Shown here piece after piece: positions 50,830-63,500 of a stretch of 64,000 nucleotides of DNA. The stretch is from Cetorhinus maximus (Eukaryota): the NCBI RefSeq assembly GCF_964194155.1, contig NC_135885.1, positions 134,044,001 through 134,108,000 on the forward strand, given 5' to 3'. Within the stretch, counting starts at the first letter, position 1. Each line of letters starts with the position of its first letter. The notes under the pieces were generated by a model. It had not been told where the DNA came from, did not search any database, and worked only from the letters and a program-made list of their open reading frames with translations. A program made the position numbers and the translations under genes.

Positions 50830-51547
50830 CAACAATCTCCCCTTGACATTCAATGGCATTACCATCTCTGAATCCCCCACTATCAACATTCTGACTAGAA
50901 GCTGAACTGGACCAGCCATATAAAGACTGTGGCTATAAGAGCAGGTCAGAGGCTGGGAATTCTGCAGAGAGTATCTCACCTTCTGATTCCCCAAAGCCTG
51001 TCCACCACCTACAAGACACAAGTCAGGAGTGTGATGGAATACTCTCCACTTGCCTGGATGAGTGCAGCTCCTACAACACTCAAGCAGCTTGATACCATCC
51101 AGGGCAAAGCAGCCCACTTGAATGGCACCCTGTCCGCCATCTTCAACATCCACTCCCTCCACCACCATCACAAAGTGTCAGCAACGTGCACCATCTGCAA
51201 GATGCGCTGCAGCAACTCACCAAGGCTCCTTTGACAGCAGCTTCCAAACCCGCAACCTCTCCCATCTAGAAGGACAAGATGAGCAGATGCATGGAAACAC
51301 CACGACCTGCAAGTACCCCATAAAGCCACGCACCACCCTGATTGGAAATATATCACGTTCCTTCACTGTCGCTGGGTCAAAACCCTGGAACTCCCTCTCT
51401 AACAGCTCTGTGGGTGTACCTACACCACATGGACTGTTGTGGTTCAAAAGGCGACTCACCACCGCCTTCCCAAGGGCAATTAGGTGTGGGCAATTAATCC
51501 TGGCCTAGCCAGCGACACCCACTTCCCGTGAAAGAATAAAAAAAAAG
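50830..51547 (+). mobile_element. LINE-B 3' portion
   Basis: AGQRLGILQR..YKTQVRSVMEYSPLAWMSAA..LDTIQ; ends AATAAAAAAA. Confidence 0.9.
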
Positions 51548-51549
51548 CA

Positions 51550-51652
51550 ATCAATTGAATTTAAATTCCTCCAGCTGCTGTGATGGAATTTGAACCTGTC
51601 TCTGGGGCATTAGTCTGGGCCTCTAGATTGCTAGTCCAGCACTATTACTATG
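51550..51652 (-). mobile_element. SINE/LINE-B tRNA-like head fragment
   Basis: Reverse complement matches 54730-54835. Confidence 0.65.
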
Positions 51653-52034
51653 CACACTATGACAAGCTGTAAATCTGTCTCTACAAAACTACCACACCCC
51701 ACTTCCTGTTTGTCTCACCCATTTTCATACCTCCCTCCCTCACTACTGATCAGCTTTCCACAACAAGCTCAGCCTGCCGCACAAAAAATGACCAATTTTC
51801 AGGCCTTCCAAATTGTGAATTGTGGCAGAGGGTATGTTTTGTTACCTGCAGCTCTCCAGTTAAATTTAAACTGATTCAGGCCTCCTTTTAGTGACTTTCG
51901 ACAGGCATCACAGACACCCACCAATTTTGTGCCTGTTTTGAGCCGAAGTTGAATATTAAATGTAATATCTGCAAAACAAAACCCTAATAGATGAGGGAAA
52001 AATACAATTACAACACAATTCAAAGTATTTGCTG

Positions 52035-52520
52035 CATAGGAACAGGTCAGATGACTGAACAGATTCGTGCCAGTGTTTATGCCCCACACGAGCGCCCTCT
52101 CACCCTCCTTTCACCCTCATGTGCTTACCCAACCTCCCCTTTTAAGTGCAAAAACCAAATTATTTGGCCCAAATGGTCTACTTTTGATCCACTTAAGCCT
52201 CCTCCCACACTATTTACTTTATCTTACCCTATCAGCATATCCTTCTATTCCTTTTCCCTCACATGCTTACCTAGGCTCCCCTCAGATGCATCTCTACCAT
52301 TTGCCCCATGTGGTAGTGAATTCTGTGTTTTAATCACTCTGTGGGTGAAGAAATCTCGCTTGAATTCCCTATTGGATTTATTAGTGATTATCTTCTAATT
52401 ATGGCTTCCAGCTTTGGACTCCCCACAACTGGATGTAATTCATCGATATCTAGCCCACTGAACACCTCTCAATCTCCTCTATTCTAGAGGAAAGCATCCC
52501 ACTCTGTACAGTCTTTCTAA
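52035..52520 (-). mobile_element. Old CR1 3' fragment
   Basis: Degenerate reverse-complement CR1 3' UTR and ORF end. Confidence 0.6.
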
Positions 52521-53097
52521 TGTTGCATCCTCTGCTTCAGCGCTCTTTTGCTTCATCTTCACTGTGTACATTTCTGTTTCTTCTTTCACTCCAAACCGCA
52601 GATGTGCATCAAAATAGCTCAGGCCTGTTTTCACCTTATTGCATTTTTAATGCAGATCATATCTGTCGATTATCGCAACTCATTTTCCATTGTGAAACTG
52701 CCCTGTTTATAAAACCTTCTACTCGTTCCACACAACAGTGATGCGTGTGTTTTCTGCCTGAGATTTGGATATGGTTTGGACCACTATTGTGTCCCTTACA
52801 TTTGGCTTTGAATTGCTTTGAGTTTGAGACCTTGGGTTGAGGTAGATACCAGGGGACATCAAGCTTGTTTCAAAGGAGAGACAGGTGATCAAATTCGAAC
52901 AAATTTAAATGTGCGTCCAATATTTTCTCCATATCACAAATGGGTTAAATGGGTGGGAATAAATGAACTGTGAGGGAAATTTAGAAGCTTTAAATATATG
53001 GATTAGAAATGAACTCAGCATTTACCACATACTAAAACACATCCAATACTTGACATTTGCTTTACAGCATATTATGAAATTCTCAATTCAGATATAA

Positions 53098-53378
53098 AGA
53101 CAAAAGAAAGACTTGCATTTATATAGAGCCTTTCATGACCACAGAATGTTCCAAAGCACTTTATAGCCAATGAAGTACTTTTGTAGTGTAGATGCTCTTG
53201 TAATGTAGGAAATGCTTCAGTGAATTTCCACACAGCAAGGTCCCATGAACAGGAGTGTGATAACGACCAAATAATCTACATTTGTAATATTGATTGAGGG
53301 ACAATCTCCTGCTCCTCTTTGAAACAGCGCCATGGGATTTTTTTATATCCGCCTGAGAGGGCAGACAGGGCCTCAGAT
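53098..53378 (-). mobile_element. Deu-domain SINE (SacSINE1/AmnSINE1-like), 3' part
   Basis: GCCATGGGATTTTTTATATCCGCCTGAGAGGGCAGACAGGGCCTC Deu-like block plus TTGCATTTATATAG tail; further tail remnant at ~45085-45165. Confidence 0.72.
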
Positions 53379-53396
53379 GAGTATTTCAAACACAAT

Positions 53397-54101
53397 GGGC
53401 AGAATTTTCCCCTTGGCGTGCGGAATTGGCGGGGCGGGTGGGGATGACCAGGAAGCTGACCGCTACCTGTGATTGGCAGCACTCCGCGGTTTTATGCAGG
53501 CAGGCTAATTAAGGCCCGCCCAGCATGATACACGAGCGTCAGGGCTGAGCGCTGCCTGTGCAGGCCGGGAGTTGGGGGGGTAGTGCAAGCAGGCCTGGCG
53601 TGAACTTCACGCATGCGCACGAGAGAGCGCAGAATAATCTCCCTGAAGCACGGAGCTGCCTCAGGGAGACGAAGAGATATTCAAAAAATTAGAGTGGAAA
53701 AATATAATCAAACATGTCCCCTTGTGACTCTGTCACATGAGCAGAAATATGTTTTTAATAAAAAATTAAAAAATTTTTTCATTTGTATTTGACTTTGGAA
53801 ACCTCATCCCGCCCGTGGATGAGGTTTCCAAAAAAATGCAAAGGCCGCTTGGCCTTTTCGTCTGCCCGTCAACCGTTAGGTTGAACGGGCAGTGAAAAAT
53901 TAAGCACAATTGTTAACTTAGTGGCCTTAGTAGGTCTTTTCATTGTCGGCGGGTGCGCTGCTGTCTCCGGCACACGCCCACCGACCAAACTATCGCATGA
54001 CTGCACATTGACGTTAGCATTCTTGGCCGACATCATCGTGCGTCATTTCTCGCTCAGTCAGATCAGGAACACGCCCACCCGCTGAGCTAACCATCCTGCC
54101 C
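53397..54101. mobile_element. Harbinger MITE (~700 bp), same family as 37449
   Basis: TIRs GGGCAGAATTTT...ATCCTGCCC, exact AAT duplication, collinear with 37449-38146. Confidence 0.92.
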
Positions 54102-54719
54102 AATGTTAAAGTTTAAAAAAAAAACAGAGATCTCAATAGCATGCCTTATGGAATATTAATTAATCTCCTAATTTAGGAATTCCATTTCCATTGTTGCTAT
54201 GTTAGCATGACAAAATAAATAACTGTACGAACATATGAACAAGGAGCAGGAGTAGGCCATTCAGCCCCTCCAGCCTGTTCCACCATTTAATAAGATCATG
54301 GCTGATCTGATAGTCACCTGAAATCTGCATCTCATCTACTGCCGATAACCTATCACCCCCTTGCTTACCAAGAATCTATCCGCTTCTGCCTTAGAAATAT
54401 TCAAAGACTCTGCTTCCATCACCTTTTCAGGAAGAGTGATCCAAAGACTCACGACCCTCTGAGTGAAAAAATTTCGCCTCATTTCTGTTTTAAATGGGCG
54501 ACCCCTTATTTTTAAACAGTGACCCCTAGTTCTAGATTCTCCCACAAGAGGAAACATCCTCTCCACATCCACCATGTCAAGGCCCCTCAGGATCTTATAT
54601 GTTTCATTCAAGCCACCTCTTACTCTTCTAAACTCCATCAGACTCAAGCCATCTGTCCAAGCTTTCCTGATAAAACAACCCACCTATTCCAGGTATTAGT
54701 CTGGTAAACCTTCTCTGAA

Positions 54720-57004
54720 GTGGAGGCAATGGCATAGTGGTATTGTCATCAGAGCTAGTAATCCAGTGACCCAGAGCAAAGCGCTGGGGACCTGGGTTCA
54801 AATCCCATGGCAGATGGTGGAACTTGAATTCAATAAAAAGATCTGGACTTAAAAGTCTAAAGATGACATTGAAATGATTGTTGTAAAAACACCCATCTGG
54901 TTCACTAATGCCCTTTAGGAAATTTGCTGTCCTTACCTGGTCTGGGCCTCCAGACCCACAACAATGGCCCAACAAGCCACTTAGTTGTATCAAACCACTA
55001 TAATGGATGAAACTGGGCAGACCACCCAGCACCAGCAATGGCAATGTCAACCCTACAAAGTCCTCCTTACTAACATCTAGGGCTCATGCCAATATTGGGA
55101 GAGTTGTCTCACAGACCACCATCACCATCCCTGGGGATGTCATGTCCCACTGGCAGCACAGGCCCAGCAGAAGTGGCAGCACAGTGGTACGCAGTCGGGA
55201 GGGAGTTGCCCTGGGAGTCCTCAACATTGACTCTGGACATCATGGCATCAGGTCAAACAAGGGCAAGGAAACCTGCTGCTGATTACCATGTACCTGAATC
55301 AGCACTCCTCCATGTTGAACACCACTTGGAACAAGCAATGAGGATGACAAAGGTGCAGAACCCCCGCTGTGGTTGACAGGGCCCTCAGCCGTGCCTGACC
55401 CATCTCCCGCGCCTCTGCCCTCATACCTTCCCCTCTCTCCCAGAACCATGATAGGGTCCCCCTTGTCCTCACTTTTCACCCCACCAGCCTCCGCATTCAC
55501 ATCATCGTGCGCCAAATCCGCCAACCCCAGCATGATGCCACCACCAAACACATATTCTAATTCTCCCCGCCATCAGCATTCCATAGGGATCGTTCCCTCC
55601 GGGACACCCTGGTTCACTCCTCCATCACCCCCAACACATCATCCCCTTCCCACGGCACCTTCCATGCAATCGCAGAACGTGCAACGCCTGCCCCTTTCCC
55701 TCCTCACCACCTAAGGGCCCAAACTATCAAGCAACACTTGCTTTGCAATAACCTGCTCACTCACACTCAGTTTGGGTTCCACCAGGGCCACTCAGCTGCT
55801 GACCTCATTACAGCCATAGTTCAAACATGGACAAAAGAGCTGGGCTCCAGAGGTGAGGTGAGAGTGACTGCCCTTGACATCAAGGTAGCATTTGATCAAG
55901 TGTGGCATCTAGGAGCCCTAGCAAAACTGGAGTCAATGGAAATCAGGGAGAAAACTCTGTATTAGTTGGAGTTATATCAAGCACAAAGGTTGTGGTTGTT
56001 GGAGGTCAGTCATCTCAGCTCCAGGGCATCACTGCAGGAGTTCCTCAGGTTAGTGTCCTCAACCCAACCATCTTCAGCTGCTTCCTCAATGACTTTCCTT
56101 CCATTGTAAGGTCAGAAATGGGGATGTTCACTGATGATTGCACAATGTTCAGCGCCATCTGCGACTCCTCAGATACTGAACTAGTCCATGTCCAAATGCA
56201 GCAAGACCTGGACAATATCCAGGCTTGGGCTGACAAGTGACAAGTAACATTCGTGCCACACAAGTATCAGACAATGACCATCTCCAACAAGAGAGAATCC
56301 AACATTGCCCTTTGATGTTCAATGGCATTGCTATCATTGAATCCCCAACTATCAACATCCTGAGGATTACCATTGACCAGAAACTGAACTGGGCAAGCCA
56401 TATAAATACTGTGGCTACAAGAGCAGGTCAGAGGCTAGGAATTGTTGGCTGAGTAACTCACCTCCTGACTCCCCACAGCCTGTTCACCGTCCACAAGGCA
56501 CAAGTCAGGAGTGTGATGGAATACTCTCCACTTGCAGCTCCAACAACACTCAAGAATCTTGACACCATCCAGGATAAAGCAGCCCACTTGACATCCAAAA
56601 ACATTCACTCCCTCCACCACCGACAGACAGTAGCAGCAGTGTGTACCATCTACAAGATGCACTGCAGGAATTCACCATGGCTCCTTAGACAGCACCTTTC
56701 AAACCCACGACCACTACCATCTAGAAGGAAAAGGGCAGCAGATAGATGGGAATAGCACCAACTGGAAGTTCCCCTCCAAGTCACTCACCATTCTGACTTG
56801 GAAATATATTGCCACTCCTTCACTGTCACTAGGTCAAAATCCTGGAACTCCCTTCCTACCAGAACTGTGGGTGTACTTATACCACATGGACTGCAGCGGT
56901 TCAAGAAGGCAGATCACCACCACCTTCTCAAGGGCAACTAGGGATGGGCAATAAATGCTGACCCAGCCCGCGAAGCCCACATCCCGTGACTGAATTAAAA
57001 AAAA
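54720..57004 (+). mobile_element. LINE-B, 5'-complete but internally deleted: tRNA-like head, APE, RT, 3' tail
   Basis: A box TGGCATAGTGG 54730-54740, B box GGTTCAAATCC 54795-54805; APE motif LTNI*GL at ~55066; RT QFGF, ALDIKVAFDQVWH, GVPQ, MFTDD; A-rich tail. Confidence 0.88.
55361..55724 (+). mobile_element. Penelope-like element internal fragment (RT thumb to Cys linker)
   Basis: DRVPLVLTFHPTSLRI..QHDATTKHIF..SAFHRDRSLRDTLVHS..CNRRTCNACPF. Confidence 0.8.
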
Positions 57005-58009
57005 CTGCTTCCAATGCATTTACATCCTCCCTTAAATAAGGTGGCCAATACTGTACACAGTACTCCAAATGTGATCCCACTAGTGCTCTGTATATCTGAA
57101 GCATAACCTCCCTACTCTTTTATTCAATTCCCCTCTCAATAAATGATAACATTCTATTAGCTTGCTGTATTTGCATACTAGCCTTTTGTGATTCATGCAC
57201 TAGGACATCCAGATCCCTCTGCAGCTCAGAGCTCTGCAATCTCTCACCATTTAGACAATACACTTTTATTCTTCCTGCCAAATGCACAATTTCACTTTTT
57301 CCCATCTTTTAAAAACTATGTAAACTTCTTGTTCATAGTATCGTCACTTTGGTCTTTCCAGATATATTATACACATTAATATTTGACAAAAATGATATCA
57401 AATAAAGAATTCTTTTTTTTTATAACAAGTGCCAATATGTCAAGGATATTAATTTGGTTAAGTGTTGCCCATTCTATATCTTCTTGTTGAAGTTAATGGT
57501 GATTAATTGTGTAAAACTGGCTCATGGTATGGGTCATAATATTGAGTGATTGATGGGAGAACATTGATCTTAATGCTTAGCAATTATTGAGTTGAGTAGT
57601 TTCAGTTGCAGAAACCTATTGCTGGATTGCTGGTTCTACATATTTTCCAGTAGTCTAATAGAGATTCATTGATAAAAGCCTCAGGCTTTCTTTGGTGTTT
57701 TTCTCTTTTAAAGAAATTGATCCAATTGATGTCCACACATGAGGCTTATGAAGTAATTATTCTAGCGGTTAAGCCAATTCAGGGCCACCCAAATGTTTCT
57801 TCACTTGTCCTTTGTGATTACAAATTGGAGGTCTGAATGAAGTATACTAGAATGTGTGTGTGTATCAGACATCCCCTCCATCTTCATCTCTTATTCCTTT
57901 CAGCCTCAAGTGTCTGATGGTAGCTTCATACCCCACTCAGTTCTATAGATTGGAAATGCACCGTTCTGTCCATTGTTTCTTTCCCAATTTATTTTCTGCT
58001 ACCCTTACT

Positions 58010-58298
58010 TGAGGGGAGATAGCGGTAATGTCACTAGACTATTAATCCCTAGGTTTAGGCTAATGCTCTGGGGGCATGGGTTCAAATTCCACCATGGTAG
58101 CTGGTAGGATTAAATTCAACTAATTAAAAACCTGGAATTGTTTCAGTAATGACGACCATGAAACTTTCATCGATTGTCATAAAAATCCATCTGAACACTG
58201 CCCTTTCAGGAAAAGAAATCTGCAATCCTTACCTGGCCTACGTGTGACTCCAGCCACTTAACCGCCCTGTGAAATGGGCACTCAGTTCAATGGCAATT
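58010..58298 (+). mobile_element. tRNA-derived SINE (LINE-B head type)
   Basis: GGGTTCAAATTCC B box; body as 54720-54986; ends CACTCAGTT-CAATGGCAATT, the start of the LINE tail. Confidence 0.78.
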
Positions 58299-58873
58299 CT
58301 CTCGATTGCCATAGCAAAGTACCCAGTTGAGCCTGGTTGCATATGGGATTTCCCAGTGCCTGTTGTCCCAGACTTAGATAACTGTACATGATGTGATTGC
58401 ATTCTGCATAACGTCTGTGTTCCGGAAAGTGGGCATCAGGGAAGTGATCACCACCAACCAGAGGTTTGATGATATTTCATCGAATTCTACACATTGACTG
58501 TCTTCCCCATTGTTACCTCAGTAGTTATCGGGACCCTCAGGTTGGCCAGAAAAATTGCAATTCAAGGCTGGCAACACAGCATTAGTAGACATTACCCAGA
58601 CAATTTAACCATACCAGTTAACAGTAATACCCTTTCAAAAAGGCATGGCAGGCATTCACTTCTCATATCCCAACACAATTATTATGATATCTGGCAACAC
58701 TTTTAAGAAAGAAAACCCCCACTGACCTTAATTGTGAAAGGTAATGGAACCACAAAGAATTACAAAGTACTTACAGCACAGAAACAGAAAATCCAGCCCC
58801 AAATTCGGCTGGTGTTTATGCTCCACATGAGCCTCCTCCTAGCCCTCATCATCTAACCCCATCGCCAACTCTT

Positions 58874-60072
58874 TGTTAGGAAACAGAGACAGTTTAAGTA
58901 AATTATATTGGTATTTGTGGGTGTTAGGAATGAATTTTAGCTTTAAAGTTTAAGTTTGATTTGTATTTCTGTATCTGTTAAGAAAGGTCAAATGGAGTTT
59001 TAGTTTCACTTTAAACAGGTGATTCCATTTCTCATGAGAGTTTACGACTTAAGAAGTTAAACAAACAAGGGTGGAGGAATTGGGCTGTTGCCTAGCAATG
59101 GGGGTCCAGAGAGGCAGGTCGCTCCCACAGACGCACGGAAAAGCTAGAAACAGCAGTTTGATTTGGAAGCAGTTGGAGTTCAGCTGGTTTTGGAAGTTAG
59201 CTGCCAAACAGAAACCTAGAAAGCGGACAGGTAGCCAGCCCCAAGCTAAAGAAAAGACCCCAAAATCCAGTGGAGTGGAACAAGAGAAAGCCCCAAGAAG
59301 ACCTTCTAGTCAAAGGAAGGACAGGAACCTGGAAAAGGTCCTGTTAAGTGAAACTAAGAGTGAGGGGCAGAGAAAAAGGCTCCAAGCTTCAGATTTAGAG
59401 AGGCAAAAGCTGTAGAAAACAGGGTTAAAGTGAAAACAGCTTGCAAGAGGCAAGAAGGTCCAAAGAGATGGCTGAAGGTCTGTAACTCTTTGCTATGGGC
59501 ATGTGAAGCAGTGATACTGTTGGTGGCTGAGTTGGTGAGAGTACGTGTGGAAGACAGCTTGAATGCATGTGGCTGTGAGAAAGCATCGGTTTGGGTGAGG
59601 TCTTGGAGAGTGGAGATTGGAAACCCTTGTGTGAAAGTGCAGTGAGACTGATTGGCTCACGGTGTGACAAACGTCTGGGGGGAGTTGAGGAGAGATCCAT
59701 AGCATCTGGTTGAGGTGGCATCTGTCACTTGGCTTCAGACTGTGGTGTGTCTGACCACAGGGGGCCTATTGATACATGGACTGTGTTCTTACTGTGGACA
59801 TTAGAATATAAGATAGCTTTTATAACTTGTGTTATCCTTACAAATCTGTATATAACTGTAAAGGTAGTTGTGAGTGAAAGAGTATTGTGATATAGTTAAT
59901 CTTTTCTTGTTTAATAAATTTCTTATTCTTTTGTTAAAAGTTCATCAACTGACTCTGTTCAGTAGCTCCTCCCCACGTATCTAAACAGACAAATAAAAGT
60001 GAGGATCAATTAGCTGTGTTCTGCCCTGGGATCAGGCTTGTCCAGTGGTAATCTCAGCTGGGGATCATAACA
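58874..60072 (+). repeat. Solo LTR (family C, ~1.2 kb)
   Basis: TGTTAGG...CATAACA, AATAAA at ~59913; no PBS or PPT adjacent; follows a CR1 tail fragment at 58750-58873. Confidence 0.85.
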
Positions 60073-62042
60073 CCGCTTGGCACCTTGGCAAAGGAAGCCT
60101 AGCAAGACCATACCAATGACCAATGCTTTTGAAAACTTCTGGTGACAGCAAACATTGTCTTTTTTCCCTGTGCCTCACTCCCTGCCCCAACCAATTGTCT
60201 CCTCATGTACAGTAGTCAGTTTATATAGCGATCACAATGTTCGGGGACAATTAGGGGGTGGGGGGACCTAGGGAGCAGAGCCCAAGAGAGGGTTGTGGGT
60301 GGAAGGGTGCAGTAAGGGGAGATTAGCTGGAGAAGTGGAAGTGTTTTGGCACCCTTGTTGATTTAAAGACATTTACTTTTAGCAGCCTCTGCGCCTGCTA
60401 GGAGCAGCCCTAAAAAATGTCTATGTAAAATGTCATGTTGCCGAATGACATGTTCTGTGTGGGCTCTTCTGGAGCCCATTCAGGCACATTACAACTTCCA
60501 GCTTTCAGCGTGAGACTGCTGGAGGTTGCGGTACCATGGCAACCCTCAGTAGAGGGGAGCTTTTGAGCGTTTGCTGTTATTGAGACTGCAAGGTCTGACC
60601 AATACTTCCTTGACAACAGTGAACACTGGACGATAAGCTCCATTACCGTGGATATGCTGTCACATGTTTCATCGTCAACTCATTGACAGGCTGGAGTCAT
60701 CCAAATCGTACCTCAGCAAAGTAGCCATAGCCAAGACTGGCATACCCCTGGCACATTCATTTCTGACAATAACCCTGGCAAAGATCCCACATGCAATAAC
60801 GTAAATCTAAAGGAAGAACATGTGTACCTTAGGTCCATTTTTCTAAAATCAATGAAACATGACAAAAATTAAAATGATGCACATGTCATTACTCTCAGTG
60901 TAATCAAATTTTCTCTTAAAATCTAAGTGATGCATAACCTTACTCATTACCTTTCTGAGAGCACAGAGAGCATTGTAAATAACACACAACTGAGTAAGCA
61001 TTTGAATGCAATTGTATAGGTATCAGAGCAGGCATTTAATTCTCCGATTAAAAGTTTAAAACCGGCTGAATGTACAGTTAATAGTGCTTAATTTGAGTTT
61101 GGCAGCATTAGTAATAAGCACATGCTTGCATCTGTATAAAATCCTTCTTTACCATCTTAACAAAGGCATTAGCCTCAATATATATTATTGACTCATTACC
61201 AGCTAATGAGATATATCTTGTAATATTAAAAATTAATGGACAGAAAATAGGGGGCAGCATGTGGGCAATTTCCTAATATGCACCTCTGACAGACAAAGGC
61301 TTATTGCATTCTCACTCTTTGTTTTATAATCTATACATTTCTCATATTGAAATTGTATTATTGTTTGGATTATTGAATGACATGCACATCTTCAAAAGAA
61401 CTGTCGCTTTATCTGGTGGAAGATGTTGCTTCTGTTGTGAACTCCAGAGAGCAATTATCCACGAAACTTTGGAGGTTTGCAAGAAGTTCAAGTCCACTAC
61501 AAAGATGTTTAGCAAAAATCTTTTCTTGTTTGAAACATAACCTTCAGTGGAGCGACTAACAGGCGAAATCTCGACAAACAAATTATCAATTGATAAAAAT
61601 GTGGCATTTGTAAATCCCAAGGACGCCTCAATGTGTTTATACCATCAGGAACTGCCTGATATTCCGAAATATAGAACAGGAAACAGCAATAGCAATTCAG
61701 CGCTTGGCAACATAATTTACTTTTGAGTGGCATAAGATTAATCAAAATGAGAGATTTGACATTTATGTGAGTAGAAATTGCAAATAAGACGGATAACTTA
61801 AAATGTTCCATTCTTTTGGTACACATTAATAATAATAATATTATGAATAAAATAATAACCAGAATAGCAGCCAGCGCCCCCCCTTGGTTAGTGGGTGAAT
61901 GTGCGGCCCAGTGTGGCATCAAACCATGAAGATTGAGAAGGTCGATAATATGAAGTCTGGTCAGCTGATATCAGCTGTACCCACAATAGGGACACCAAAG
62001 TGGGTTTCAGATATTCTGGAGTTAGGGCCTAGGGGGCAGGGA

Positions 62043-62212
62043 AGGGGTTAATTTTAACACTACTGCTAGGCAAAGATGGCTGATGGAGAGTTAGCAGTCT
62101 CTTTTATTCCGTCCCCAACTTTGTTACCCACTTGGGAAATCATGTCAAGTGTAAACCGGGCTGCCAATTCGCTATCACCCATGCTGAGTGATATAGGTTA
62201 AAATTCACTCCC
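62043..62212. mobile_element. Short Harbinger-type MITE, within a degenerate SINE (~61875-62330)
   Basis: GGGGTTAATTTTAAC...GTTAAAATTCACTCC imperfect TIRs. Confidence 0.5.
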
Positions 62213-62519
62213 ACTAGTGGAAAATTAGCTCAGGTCACTACCTCTGATTGCTATCCAGAGACCTCTGTTTGGAAATTTGAGTGGAAATGGCAGGGAGCAT
62301 GATTGGACTGGGTTGTAAGGACCCGGCATTTGAACAGTTAACCAAGTTTCATTGTTTTTCGAGTGTTATTGGGAGCTGGGGAGCAGGTGCTGGTGTCGAC
62401 AGGAGAAAAGGAGAGAAAAATAGCAAAATATACCTTTCAGAAGTGGATCTGTTTTACTTTTGGTGTTGGAAAGTAGAGCTAATATGCAAAAACAGTAATT
62501 GAATTTTCTTCCATTATGA

Positions 62520-62800
62520 CATAGAATTATATAGTACAAAGTATTCTACAACACAGAAACAGGCCATTCCACCCAACAATTCTGTTTGATGTTTATGCTT
62601 CACAAGAGTCCCTTCTAACCTTACTTCATCTCATCCTATCAAAATATCCTTCTATTTCTTTCTCTCCCGTTTTATTTTATCTAGCTTTTCCTTAATTGCA
62701 CCTTTGCTGTTTGCTTCAACTACCCAGTGTGATAGTGAGTTCTATATTCCCACAACCCTGTGAATAAAATTCCTTATTTGATTTATTAGTGGTTGTCTTT
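62520..62800 (-). mobile_element. Old CR1 3' fragment
   Basis: ACACAGAAACAGGCCATTC reverse-complement tail. Confidence 0.6.
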
Positions 62801-62804
62801 TGAG

Positions 62805-63500
62805 TAAATCAAATAAACAAATAAACTTATTTAATAATTAACAAGCCCGTAAAGGGACACTAACAAAAAAATACAAAACTTTATAGGAAACTTACCAAGT
62901 TAGATTAAAATATCATTTTGGGTGGGGATGATGCACTCCAGCCCCTGTGGTGCTCATGGTCATAGAAGGCCTCAAGTGTACTCGTGAACACCATGTACTC
63001 CCTCTCCAAGGACACCCAGGTGCAGATGTAACCATGAAAGGGGGGTAGACACTCAGGTCGAATGACCCTCTCAAATGCCAGCTCCCTGGGCCTGTTAATG
63101 GCCACCTTGGCCAGGCCCAGGAGCAAGCTAACGAGGAGGTCCTCCGTCCACCACACCACGCTCCCACCCATCACCCCAGCCCACTCTGCACCAGGTGGCC
63201 AAAGATTGGGAGCGTGGGGCTGAAGTGCAACCAAATGTTGAGGAGCAACCCCCTCAAATAATGAAACAGGGACTGCAACCTCACGTGACTTATATAGTCG
63301 TGGAGAACAGACTTCTCAAGGCCGCAGAAATTACAGGTGGCGTGGGAGTTCATGAACTGACTTAGCCTTCTATTGAACAGGATGCTGCATGTAACACCCT
63401 CCACGCCAGATCCCCAATGGGAGAAGACAGCACTCCACTGGGACCCCCTTCCACCTTTGGATGGCAGGATGGACCGGCAAGGTGTGTCCGGCCGGCTGTG
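62805..63500 (-). mobile_element. Tx1-clade (L1-group) non-LTR retrotransposon 3' end
   Basis: CNFCGLEKSVLH zinc-knuckle remnant, LQSLFHYL..FSPTL..FG, LLVSLLLGLAKVAI..R, typical of the Tx1 ORF2 C-terminus. Confidence 0.8.

Larger units (their letters stand above)
54228..57305 (-). mobile_element. CR1 3' portion split into 54228-54719 and 57005-57305 by a LINE-B insertion
   Basis: AACCTTCTCTGAA|CTGCTTCCAATGC rejoins to continuous CR1 ORF2 (ALEAVQRRFTRL). Confidence 0.9.

Noticed and set aside
37046-60072. A single 23-kb LTR element bounded by the two family-C LTRs
   Set aside because: No PBS after the first LTR, no PPT before the second, outer flanks do not match (AAAT vs CCGC), and the interior is unrelated repeats.
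60430-60780. Possible very old retroviral-type integrase remnant (GIP..ISDN-like)
   Set aside because: Too degenerate to support by eye; needs an HMM search.
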